A stretch of 64,000 bases of DNA from Eledone cirrhosa (lineage: Eukaryota), in NCBI GenBank assembly GCA_964016885.1, contig OZ024742.1:361646001-361710000 (forward strand), read 5' to 3'. Below, one piece after another: positions 44,042 through 57,599 of this stretch (its first letter is position 1; each line of letters opens with the position of its first letter). The translations under genes were made by a program, and so were the position numbers. The notes beneath the pieces are model-generated. The model was not told where the DNA came from, made no database searches, and worked only from the letters and a program-made list of their open reading frames with translations.

Positions 44042-47000
44042 ACCAGACCAGGTGACATACCGACAGCCATTACTGGCACCCCAAAAGTCACACCAGTGCT
44101 GCTGCTGAATGTCAGAGGCCTGGTGAAACTCAGTAACATGAGTAAAATTTCCTGCCTGGGAGACTTAGCCATAAGCAATCAAGCACTATGCATGGCACTA
44201 ACCGAAACGCACCCGACAAGCAGTATAGCAGATGCAGAAATACATATACCGAAATATACTGTATTTCGTTCGGACAGGAAGGAGAGAACTCATGGTGGGG
44301 TTGCTCTGTATATCCGTGAAGATGTCACACCAATTGTACTGTTGACACATTCAAACTCAGTCTGTGACACACTGATAATACATATGAAGCAACTACAGAC
44401 AGTAATATGTGTCACATATCGGCCGCCCGATTCCCCCAGTCATGAGGGTAAATTTAAGGATAGCCTAAGTAGGATAGAAGAGGTCCTTGACAAACTGGAC
44501 CAGGGTCTCAACATCCTACTGCTGGGAGACTTCAACCTACCAAAGGTCAAATGGCCTGAGGGCCACCTCCTCCCTGGAATGACGTCAATAGAACAGAGAC
44601 AGACGGAATCCCTGCTGGCCCTCACACACAGGCTGTTCATGGAGCAAGCAATACTCCTCCCAACAAGAGGCGAAAATGTCCTGGACCTCTGTTTTACAAA
44701 CAACGAAGTGCTCATCCACAATGTAAAGGTAACACCAACAATTCTCTCGAATCATAACTTAGTAGAGCTAATGATATGTGGTCCAAGAGAACCAACAGAG
44801 ACAAAACCACCAAGAAGCTCCGGGCCGCTATCCAGCCTTAACTTCTACAAGGCTAACTGGAAAAAGATTAAGAGTGAAATCCGGAAGCAAACATGGAGTG
44901 AAAACACCGCCACACAAGACACTAACACACAATTTCAACACTTCATGACAACGATACACACTATAGGCAAAAAGTTTGTCCCGGAGAAAGAGGCAAACAG
45001 ACACAAAAATCTTATTCCCAGAGATAGGAAAATCCTTATGTTGAAAATCCTTTTGTTGAATAGTCAACAAAACAAAAACAAGAAGGAATCCTATTTGAAA
45101 CGTGCACTACTTGACACCGAGATTGCACTCAAACTTTCACATGAGAATGAGATGGCAAAGAAAGAGAACAGGGGCATAGAAAACCTTAAAACAAACCCTA
45201 AGGCCTTCTTTAAATTTGCACATGAAACTGCCTCAGTACACTGCAAGATTGGGCCACTCTTCCACACGGACGGTTCATTAACCGAAAACCCTAAGAGATA
45301 TGTGAAATACTGAACGAACAGTACAAAAGTGTGTTCACATGTCCACTGAGGCACATGCAAATAACGAAGCCAGAGAAGTTCTTTGATGCCACAACACTAC
45401 ATCAAGAAATGGCAAACATCAACCACATAGACATAACGGAGGAGGATGTGGTGTACGCCATTGATGAAATTAGAACAGACTCGGCTGCTGGACCTGATGG
45501 ATTCCCAGTAGTTCTCTTAAAAATATGTAAGCGGGCCTTAGCAACTGCACTGAAGATGCTCTTCAGAAGCTCCTTGGCTAGCGGTGTACTACCCAGGGAG
45601 CTGAAAGAAGGCACAATATGCCCTATCCATAAAGGAGGTAGTAGAGCGGAGGCCAAGAACTATAGGCCAGTCTCCCTGACGTCGCATATCAGTAAGGTCA
45701 TGGAGCGAGTCGTCAGAAAGAAACTAATCACTTTCCTCGAAGAAAATGACCGCCTGACTAGCACGCAACATGGCTTCCGTCCAGGAAGAAGCTGCCTTAC
45801 ACAGCTGCTACATCACTACGACTGGGTACTGAGACAACTACTAGACAGCTCACATGCGGACGTGATATATCTTGACTTTGCGAAGGCCTTTGACAAGGTC
45901 GACCACGGAATGATATGTCACAAATTACACGGACTCGGCATAACTGGAAAAGTAGGTGAGTGGCTGCATGGCTTCCTAAGGGACAGAAGCCAGGCAGTCG
46001 CAGCAAATGGGGCCCTCTCGAGGGAAACACCGATAACAAGTGGGGTGCCCCAGGGGACAGTCCTGGGACCACTACTGTTTTTGGTGGCTCTCTCGGACAT
46101 GCCCTCTGTGGTGCATGCAACAACATCCCTCACTAGCTATGCTGATGACACTAAGGTAGCACAGGAAATCAAAAACCCGGCTGACGCTGCCCTTTTACAG
46201 CAGGATCTGGATGCCATATACAGATGGGCGGAAGAAAACAACATGCAGTTTAATGCTGGCAAATTCCAAGCCCTACAATACAAACCTGAAAACACAAATA
46301 TAGTGGAACACAGCTACACAGGACCAGGAGGGACCGATATCCCCGTGTCAAAATCGATACGAGACCTGGGCATAGACATGAGCGATGATGCATCTTTTTC
46401 TTCACACATCATAAAAGTGGCGACAATGTGCAGACGACTCGCTGGTTGGATCTTGAGGACTTTCCGGACAAGAGATCGAGACACCATGTTGACACTGTGG
46501 AGGACTTTTGTCCTAAGCCGCCTGGACTACTGCTCCCAGTTGTGGTCACCCCATAGTGTCAAACAAACCACGGAGCTTGAGGCAGTCCAGCGAAGCTACA
46601 CCAAGAGGATTGCCAAGATGAGGGAGACAAGCTACTGAGAGAGGCTAAAGGAACTGAACCTCTACTCCTTGGAGCGAAGACGGGAGAGATACGCAGTGAT
46701 CTACATGTGGAAAATCCTGGAGGGACTAGCACCAAACTTTGGCATTTGGAGCTGGACCAACCGTCGAACAGGACGTCACTGTGTGGTGCCAAAGGTCCCG
46801 TCTTCCACATCTAGAATAAGGAGCAGGTATTGCATTAGCCTGGGATTCAAGGGCCCTCAACTCTTCAACAGGCTGCCGAGGCATCTGAGAGACTTGCATG
46901 ACGTGGAGGTGGATGTCTTTAAGAAACATCTCGACACCTTGTTATCCAGGATCCAGGATGAGCCCACAGCAAGACATGAGGGAAACCTAAGGGCAGCAGC

Positions 47001-47130
47001 AACAAACTCCCTCTTACACCAGTGGCCAACCTATACAGGCTGGAGATAAAATGTGTAGCAACTAGGGCGGTGCCCCAGCATGGCCTCAGCCGGATGGCTG
47101 AAACAGGTAAAAGAGTAAAAGAGTAAAAGA
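44042..47130 (+). mobile_element. CR1-group LINE family G, ORF2 region, disrupted
   Basis: APE ORF 44036-45313, RT 45331-46638 with premature TGA, tail (GTAAAAGA)3. Confidence 0.93.
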
Positions 47131-47149
47131 ATATACATATATATATATG

Positions 47150-47187
<38 letters not shown>

Positions 47188-47231
47188 TCACATATATATA
47201 TATACATATATATACATATATATATATATGC

Positions 47232-47393
<162 letters not shown>

Positions 47394-47395
47394 GC

Positions 47396-47452
<57 letters not shown>

Positions 47453-47454
47453 AC

Positions 47455-49763
47455 TTCCTGTCCATCCGTTTGACGCTATGGATTTCCACAATGCAAACTG
47501 GGAAGCGATCAGTCATGATCTTGCACATGTCGACTGGTCCTTCACGCACACTCATACACCCACTAACATCAAAACGTCCTGGCAGACATTTGTGGACACT
47601 GTTACAAACATATGTGCAAAACACACCCCATTAAGAACTATAAACAAATCTAAGAGCAGAATCCCTAGAAATAGAAAAACGCTCATCAGAAAAATTAAGA
47701 GAACGAACAAAAAAATCAACAAGCTGAAATACTGTCAGCAGCAACACATCAACTTGACTGCCATTTCATCACTAGAGATTAAAAAACATAACCTCCAAAA
47801 CAACATAATGTCTCTCATCAACAATCAGAGAAGAGCTGAAGAGGCCTGGGCCATTGAGAAGATCAAACTCAATCCCAAAGTGTTCTTTTCATTTGCAAAA
47901 AAACACAAAATCACTGGCTCTACTGTTGGCCCTCTAATTGATGAAAATGGCACTCTTCAAGACAATGCTAAAACCAATGGTGAGATACTGCAGAAACAAT
48001 ACTGCTCTGTTTTCAGCAATCCTGATATGGCCGATCTGGGCTGTATCAGCGATGTTACTCCCCATTACACCTTATCGGACATAACGTTTGGCGCCCCTGA
48101 TGTCTTAGCGGCAATAAAGGAAATCAAGCATAATTCAGCAGTAGGTCCCGATAGGTTCCCTGCTTGTGTCTTGAAGGCGTGTCAACACCAACTTGCATCT
48201 CCTCTTGCCAATCTGTGGCGGAACTCACTGGATGCTGGATATGTGCCAGAAAACCTTCTATCCCAGTCTGTTGTCCCAGTTTTCAAAAAAGGAAACAAAT
48301 CTCTTGCCGTGAATTACCGTCCAATCTCACTCACCTCTCATATCCTTAAGGTATTTGAGAGAGTGGTGAGATCGCGAATGACCCACTTCCTTGAGAGTAA
48401 CAATATGCTGAACTCCAACCAGCATGGATTCCGTAATGGAAGGGATTGCCTGACGCAGCTACTGCTTCACTTTGATGACATTTTGAGAGCCTTGGGAGAG
48501 GGTTCCAACACTGATGTTATCTACCTTGATTTCAGCAAGGCCTTTGACAGGGTTGATCATAACATTCTACTGAGAAAACTGTCCAATATTGGTGTCACTG
48601 GAAAGCTGCTGCAGTGGATCAAGAGCTTCCTGTCAAACAGAACCCAACATGTTGTAGTTGAAGGAGTCAAATCCAGCCCAGCCAAAGTCAGTAGTGGGGT
48701 CCCACAAGGCACTGTGTTGGGCCCACTTCTCTTCATCATCTATATTAATGACATCACTGACATCATCAAACACAGAAACATTAAAATTTTCGCTGATGAT
48801 TCCAAGCTCCAAAAGGTCATCAATGGCGTGGATGACCGGATAAGCCTTCAGTCAGACCTACTGGCTGTTACCCAATGGGCAGTAAAGAACAACATGTTAC
48901 TGAACGAAGACAAATTCGAACTGATCCACTTTGGAAAAGAGGATGCTCTGAAACTCCCGTACTCCCTTCCCTCCGGTGAAACTCTCGTGGCATCTAACAA
49001 CATCAGAGACTTGGGAGTAACCGTGGACAGCAACATAAGCTGTGCCACGCATATAAGCAGCAAAGTTGACATGGCCCGCAGAATGTGTTCCTGGATCCTC
49101 AGAACCTTCCAGTCAAGAGATTCCCACACCATTATCCTTCTCTTCTCTACTTTTGCCCGACCACACCTTGAATACTGTTGTCCACTGTGGTCTCCCCACA
49201 CGAAACAAAGTATCATGAAACTTGAAGCTCCTCAAAGGGCAATCACGAAAAAGATAGATGGCATGTCACACCTTGACTACTGGGGTCGACTAGAAAAGCT
49301 GAAACTTTACTCACTCCAACGTCGCCGTGAGCGTTATATTATCTGCATGATGTGGAAAATGTTCCATCATCACTGCCCAAATGATGTTGGCATCGCCTTC
49401 AAGATACACCCAAGGCTTGGGCCCCGTGCTATCCGTCCCATACAAAAATCTAAATCGCAACTCATAACAACAATACGGCACAATTATTTCACCTCAATTG
49501 GCCCTGCTCTCTTCAACATCACACCAGGACACGTCAAAACAGAAACTGACCACACAAAATTCAAGAAGTCTTTGGACAAATTCCTCCAAGTAATCCCGGA
49601 CAAACCACCCACACCCGGATATGTCTCCGCAAACAGTAATTCTCTTCTCGAATGGGCCATGGTGCCCAAATCCTGAATTGAAAGACTTCGCCAGGTGGTG
49701 CTATTAAGTTAGACATGGCCTGGGCCAATACTGGCCAAAACATTTCAAAGTTATTCAAAGTTA
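47455..49763 (+). mobile_element. CR1-group LINE family F, 5'-truncated, open 732-aa frame
   Basis: Uninterrupted ORF 47478-49676 with FADD; same tail as the other F copies. Confidence 0.93.
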
Positions 49764-49767
49764 TATA

Positions 49768-49821
<54 letters not shown>

Positions 49822-49833
49822 TATATATATATA

Positions 49834-49899
<66 letters not shown>

Positions 49900-49921
49900 T
49901 ATGCATATATATATATATGCA

Positions 49922-50109
<188 letters not shown>

Positions 50110-50271
50110 TATACATATATATATACATATATATACATATAATGTAGGAGGTGAGTTTTATTGTAGTACAATAAAGCAATGCAGATATCGGATAAGAAGC
50201 ACTCTACAGTTTGTAGGACTGGAGTATACATAATATATAAGATCAAAAGATAGTTAAAGGAGTTCCATGTA

Positions 50272-50338
50272 TTTTATTATGCGCATTTCAAAAACAAACA
50301 TCATCATGCAATAATATTTGTGTTTTCATCAGATAAAA
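50272..50338 (-). ncRNA. Type I hammerhead (family D)
   Basis: ttttat-CTGATGA-aaacac..tgtttt-t-GAAA-tgcgca-TA-ataaaa on the minus strand. Confidence 0.85.
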
Positions 50339-51909
50339 CAGGAGGACATGATATGAAGGCTAAAAAACACTTGTGGATAGTGCAGTTTTAAATCAACATA
50401 TGAAAAGTAATTTTAGATTGATGTGTGATATTGGGAAAAATATTTTATTTAGAGAGGGGTGGTGGAAAGGATGAAAAAAGGGGAGGAGATGAGAGTGAAG
50501 GTGGAGAGGGAGAGATGGGTGATAGAGAGAAAGAGATAGTTTTTATAACTGAGAAAAGATATATTGTTTTACATAGAGAGGTTGAAAACCGTTGGAAGAT
50601 AATGTATAAATTAAAAGAATTTGAAAATTAACGAAGGGAAAAATATGTACGAGGAAAAATATTTTATTTAGAGAGGGGGGTGGAAAGGATGAAAAAAGGG
50701 GAGGAGATGAGAGTGAAGGTGGAGAGGGAGAGATGGGTGATAGAGAGAAAGAGATAGTTTTTATAACTGAGAAAAGATATATTGTTTTACATAGAGAGGT
50801 TGAAAACCGTTGGAAGATAATGTATAAATTAAAAGAATTTGAAAATTAACGAAGGGAAAAATATGTACGAGGAAGGAGAGGGAGTTAATATGTATTGAGA
50901 TTAAAAAGTTTGATGATAGAGAGAAAAAATAATTGCGGATGAATATTCTAACGTCAAAAAAAGGGTGTATGTTTACAAGTATTATGGCAATTTCAAAATT
51001 AACGAAGAGAAAAAATTATTAAGGTTTGTGTATTGAAGGATTTGAGAAAAATAATGTGAAGTTAAGGTTTGTATATTGAAGGAATTGATAATATGTGCGA
51101 AGAAAAGAGTTAATATGTATTAAAAAATTATTAAGGTTTGTGTATTGAAGGATTTGAGAAAAATAATGTGAAGTTAGGGTTTGTATATTGAAGGAATTGA
51201 TAATATGTGCGAAGAAAGAGTTAATATGTATTAAGAATGAGTTAGATGATGGGGAGAAAAAATAATAAGTTAAGGATGAATAATCTAGCGTCAAAAAAAT
51301 GTGTACGAAGAAGGAGAGGGAGTTAATATGTGTTGAGATTAAAAAGTTTGATGATGGAGAGAAAAAAAAAATAATAATAATAATTGTGGATGAATATTCT
51401 AACGTCAAAAAAATTTGTGTGTGTGTTTACAAGTATTATGGAAATTTGAAAATTAACGAAAAGAAAAAATTATTAAGGTTTGTGTATTGAAGGATTTGAG
51501 AAAAATAATGTGAAGTTAAGGTTTGTATATTGAAGGAATTGATAATATGTGCGAAGAAGGAGTTAATATGAATTAAGAATGAATTAGATGATGGGGAGAA
51601 AAAAATAATAAATTAAGGATGAATAATCTAGCGTCAAAAAAACAAATGTATATGTTATGAAGGATTTTACAAGGTGAAGATAGAATGAGGGTAATGAGTA
51701 AACAAGTATTATAGAGTGTATAATACCCTTTGAAGTAAGGTAGGAAGATGGGTATATTTTAAAAGAGGTGTATGTATATGTGCCTTTGAGAAAAGATTCT
51801 AAATTGATAAAGAATTGAATATTAGCTGTATACTTTGTAAAAAGTCCTATGGGCTCATTACCCTCATTCTATCTTCACCTTGTAAAATCCTTCATAACAT
51901 ATACATTTG

Positions 51910-51976
51910 TTTTATCTGATGAAAACACAAATATTATTGCATGATGATGTTTGTTTTTGAAATGCGCATAATAAAA
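51910..51976 (+). ncRNA. Type I hammerhead (family D)
   Basis: Same motif on the plus strand. Confidence 0.85.
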
Positions 51977-52106
51977 TACATGGAACTCCTTTAACCATCT
52001 TTTGATCTTATATATTATATATACATATATATATGTATATATATATGTATATATATATATATATATATTTACATATATATATACATATATATACATATAT
52101 ATATGT

Positions 52107-54238
52107 ATAACTTTGAATAACTTTGAAATGTTTGGCCAGTATTGGCCCAGGCCATGTCTAACTTAATAGCACCACCTGGCGAAGTCTTTCAATTCAGGAT
52201 TTGGGCACCATGGCCCATTCGAGAAGAGAATTACTGTTTGCGGAGACATATCCGGGTGTGGGTGGTTTGTCCGGGATTACTTGGAGGAATTTGTCCAAAG
52301 ACTTCTTGAATTTTGTGTGGTCAGTTTCTGTTTTGACGTGTCCTGGTGTGATGTTGAAGAGAGCAGGGCCGACTGAGGTGAAATAATTGTGCCGTATTGT
52401 TGTTATGAGTTGCGATTTAGATTTTTGAATGGGACGGATAGCACGGGGCCCAAGCCTTGGGTGTATCTTGAAGGCGATGCCAACATCATTTGGGCAGTGA
52501 TGATGGAACATTTTCCACATCATGCAGATAATATAACGCTCACGGCGACGTTGGAGTGAGTAAAGTTTCAGCTTTTCTAATCGACCCCAGTAGTCAAGGT
52601 CTGACATGCCATCTATCTTTTTCGTGATTGCCCTTTGAGGAGCTTCAAGTTTCATGATACTTTGTTTCGTGTGGGGAGACCACAGTGGACAACAGTATTC
52701 AAGGTGTGGTCGGGCGAAAGTAGAGAAGAGAAGGATAATGGTGCGGGAATCTCTCGACTGGAAGGTTCTGAGGATCCAGGAACACGTTCTGCGGGCCATG
52801 TCAACTTTGCTGCTTATATGCGTGGTCCAGCTTATGTTGCTGTCCACGGTTACTCCCAAGTCTCTGATGTTGTTAGATGCCACGAGAGTTTCCCCGGAGG
52901 GAGGGAGTACGGGAGTTTCAGAGCATCCTCTTTTCCAAAGTGGATCAGTTCGAATTTGTCTTCGTTCAGTAACATGTTGTTCTTTACTGCCCATTGGGTA
53001 ACAGCCAGTAGGTCTGACTGAAGGCTTATCCGGTCATCCACGCCATTGATGACCTTTTGGAGCTTGGAATCATCAGCGAAAATTTTAATGTTGCTGTGTT
53101 TGATGATGTCAGTGATGTCATTAATATAGATGATGAAGAGAAGTGGGCCCAACACAGTGCCTTGTGAGACCCCACTACTGACTTTGGCTGGGCTGGATTT
53201 GACTCCCTCAACTACAACATGTTGGGTTCTGTTTGACAGGAAGCTCTTGATCCACTGCAGCAGCTTTCCAGTGACACCAATATTGGACAGCTTTCTCAGT
53301 AGAATGTTATGATCAACCCTGTCAAAGGCCTTGCTGAAATCAAGGTAGATAACATCAGTGTTGGAACCCTCTCCCAAGGCTCTCAAAATGTCATCAAAGT
53401 GATGCAGTAGCTGCGTCAGGCAATCCCTTCCATTACGGAATCCATGCTGGTTGGAGTTCAGCATATTGTTACTCTCAAGGAAGTGGGTCATTCGCGATCT
53501 CACCACTCGTTCAAATACCTTAATGATATGAGAGGTGAGTGAGATTGGACGGTAATTCACGGCAAGAGATTTGTTTCCCTTTTTGAAAACTGGGACAACA
53601 GACTGGGATAGAAGGTTTTCTGGCACATATCCAGCATCCAGTGAGTTCCGCCACAGATTGGCAAGAGGAGATGCAAGTTGATGTTGACAGGCCTTCAAGA
53701 CACAAGCAGGGAACCTATCGGGACCTACTGCTGAATTATGCTTGATTTCCTTTATTGCCGCCAAGACATCAGGGGCGCCAAACGTTATGTCCGATAAGGT
53801 GTAATGGGGAGTAACATCGCCGATACAGCCCAGATCGGCCATATCAGGATTGCTGAAAACAGAGCAGTATTGTTTCTGCAGTATCTCACCCATGGTTTTA
53901 GCATTGTCTTGAAGAGTGCCATTTTCATCAATTAGAGGGCCAACAGTAGAGCCAGTGATTTTGTGTTTTTTTGCAAATGAAAAGAACACTTTGGGATTGA
54001 GTTTGATCTTCTCAATGGCCCAGGCCTCTTCAGCTCTTCTCTGATTGTTGATGAGGGACATTATGTTGTTTTGGAGGTTATGTTTTTTAATCTCTAGTGA
54101 TGAAATGGCAGTCAAGTTGATGTGTTGCTGCTGACAGTATTTCAGCTTGTTGATTTTTTTGTTCGTTCTCTTAATTTTTCTGATGAGCGTTTTTCTATTT
54201 CTAGGGATTCTGCTCTTAGATTTGTTTATAGTTCTTAA
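52107..54238 (-). mobile_element. CR1-group LINE family F, 5'-truncated, one frameshift
   Basis: Reverse-complement homolog of 47633-49763. Confidence 0.93.
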
Positions 54239-54266
54239 CATATATATATATATACATATATATATG

Positions 54267-54312
<46 letters not shown>

Positions 54313-54326
54313 CATATATATATATG

Positions 54327-54362
<36 letters not shown>

Positions 54363-54382
54363 CATATATATATGTATATATA

Positions 54383-54462
<80 letters not shown>

Positions 54463-54482
54463 CATATATGTATATATATGTA

Positions 54483-54517
<35 letters not shown>

Positions 54518-54528
54518 GCACATATGTA

Positions 54529-54578
<50 letters not shown>

Positions 54579-54588
54579 TGTATATATA

Positions 54589-54726
<138 letters not shown>

Positions 54727-54854
54727 CATATATATAAATATATATATATACATATATATATATATACATCGAAGGACTAATTTTATCATATGTAACCCAT
54801 GTGCAACCACGCATTATTCTTCTTTCTTCTCGTTTTTTTTATATATATATACAT

Positions 54855-57011
54855 ATATATGCAAAAAGTTTGTCCCAGAGAAAGAGGCAAACAGACACAA
54901 AAATCTTATTCCCAGAGATAGGAAAATCGTAGAACTAAACTCTCAAACCAGTTGAATAGTCAACAAAACAAAAACAAGAAGGAATCCTATTTGAAACGTG
55001 CACTACTTGACACCGAGATTGCACTCAAACTTTCACATGAGAATGAGAGGGCAAAGAAAGAGAACGGGGCCATAGAAAACATTAAAACAAACCCTAAGGC
55101 CTTCTTTAAATTTGCAAAAGAAACTGCCTCAGTACACTGCAAGATTGGGCCACTCTTCCACACGGACGGTTCATTAACCGAAAACCCCAAGAGATATGTG
55201 AAATACTGAACGAACAGTACAAAAGTGTGTTCTACATGTCCACTGAGGCACATGCAAATAACGAAGCCAGAGGAGTTCTTTGATGCCACAACACTATATC
55301 AAGAAATGGCAACCATCAACCACATAGACATAACGGAGGAGGATGTGGTGTACGCCATTTATGAAATTAGAACAGACTCGGCTGCTGGACCTGATGGATA
55401 CCCAGCAGTTCTCTTAAAAATATGTAAGCGGGCCTTAGCAACTGCACTGAAGATGCTCTTCAGAAGCTCCTTGGCTAGCGGTGTACTACCCAGGGAGCTG
55501 AAAGAAGGCACAATATGCCCTATCCATAAAGGAGGTAGTAGAACGGAGGCCAAGAACTACGTCGCATAACAGTAGGGTCATGGAGCGAGTCGTCAGAAAG
55601 AAACTAATCACTTTCCACGAAGAAAATGACCGCCTGACTAGCACGCAACATGGCTTCCGCCCAGGAAGAAGCTGCCTTACACAGCTGCTACATCACTACG
55701 ACTGGGTACTGAGACAACTACTAGACAGCTCACATATGGACGTGATATATCTTGACTTTGCGAAGGCCTTTAACAAGGTCGACCACGGAATGATATGTCA
55801 CAAACTACACGGACTCGGCATAACTGGAAAAGTAGGTGAGTGGCTGCATGGCTTCCTAAGGGACAGAAGCCAGGCAGTCGCAGCAAATGGGGCCCTCTCG
55901 AGGGAAACACCGATAACAAGTGGGGTGCCCCAGGGGACAGTCCTGGGACCACTACTGTTTTTGGTGGCTCTCTCGGACATGCCCTCTGTGGTGCATGCAA
56001 CAACATCCCCCACTAGCTATGCTGATGACACTAAGGTAGCACAGGCAATCAAAAACCCGGCTGACGCTGCCCTTTTACAGCAGGATCTGGATGCCATATA
56101 CAGATGGGCGGAAGAAAACAACATGCAGTTTAATGCTGGCAAATTCCAAGCCCTACAATACAAACCTGCAAACACAAATATAGTGGAACACAGCTACACA
56201 GGACCAGGAGGGACCGATATCCCCGTGTCAAAATCGATACGAGACCTGGGCATAGACATGAGCGATGATGCATCTTTTTCTTCACACATCATGAAAGTGG
56301 CGACAATGTGCAGACGACTCGCTGGCTGGATCTTGAGGACTTTCCGGACAAGAGATTGAGACACCATGTTGACACTGTGGAGGACTTTTATCCTAAGCCG
56401 CCTGGACTACTGCTCCCAGTTGTGGTCACCCCACAGTGTTAAACTAACCACGGAGCTTGAGGCAATCCAGCGAAGCTACACCAAGAGGATTGCCAAGATG
56501 AAGGAGACAAGCTACTGGGAGAGGCTAAAGGAACTGAACCTCTGCTCCTTGGAGCGAAGACGGGAGAGATACGCAGTGATCTACATGTGGAAAATCCTGG
56601 AGGGACTAGCACCAAACTTTGGCATTGGGAGCTGTACCAAGCGACGAACAGGACGTCACTGTGTGGTGCCAAAGGTCCCGTCTTCCACATCTAGAATAAG
56701 GAGCAGGTATTGCATTAGCCTGGGATTCAAGGGCCCTCAACTCTTCAACAGGCTGCCGAGGCATCTGAGAGACTTGCATGACGTGGAGGTGGATGTCTTT
56801 AAAAAACATCTCGACACTTTGTTATCCAGGACCCCGGATGAGCCCACAGCAAGACACGAGGGAAACCTAAGGGCAGCAGCAACAAACTCCCTTTTACACC
56901 AGTGACCAACCTATACAGGCTGGAGATAAAATGTGTAGCAACAATGGCGGTGCCCCAGCATGGCCTCAGCCGGATGGCTGAAACAGGTAAAAGAGTAAAA
57001 GAGTTAAAGAG
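54855..57011 (+). mobile_element. CR1-group LINE family G, 5'-truncated, disrupted
   Basis: RT ORFs 55225-55569, 55580-56359 and 56366-56905; same tail as the other G copies. Confidence 0.92.
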
Positions 57012-57102
57012 TATATATATATGTATATATATGTATATATATATATATGTATATATATGTATATATATATATATACGTATATATATATATATATATATGT
57101 AA

Positions 57103-57252
57103 TAGAAAGTGACGTTTTTTTTACAAAATGAAAAATAACCGAGGTGTCCTACACGAGTGAAAGTATAAAGAAAAAGAGATGAAATCGAAAATGCAACTGG
57201 AGTCTTATTTTTTTTTAAAGTTGCATTTTCGATTTCATCTCTTTTTCTTTAT
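57103..57252. repeat. Family C terminal fragment folded back on itself
   Basis: aagaaaaagagatgaaatcgaaaatgcaact..agttgcattttcgatttcatctctttttctt. Confidence 0.75.
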
Positions 57253-57275
57253 ATATATGTATATATATATATATG

Positions 57276-57399
<124 letters not shown>

Positions 57400-57421
57400 T
57401 ATGTACATATATATATATATT

Positions 57422-57453
<32 letters not shown>

Positions 57454-57599
57454 TAAATATATTACCCGCATTTCCATTTCGTAAATTTTTTCTCCATATT
57501 TTCTCCGGATTTTAAAACACACTTTATTATACGTTGAGCAATCTCTGACGTCAGTTGACTCCATACTCCATACTCCATACTCCAACCCGCGTCTTTGAA

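Larger units (their letters stand above)
50140..52020 (-). mobile_element. Family D non-autonomous element: pLTR, internal tandem repeats, inverted pLTR
   Basis: HHR at 50272-50338 (-) and 51910-51976 (+); ~215-bp duplication 50440-50875; further repeats 50876-51640; no credible ORF. Confidence 0.7.

Noticed and set aside
50440-51640. Repeat array as CRISPR-like or protein-coding
   Set aside because: Plain tandem duplications without unique spacers; reading frames are interrupted; eukaryotic context
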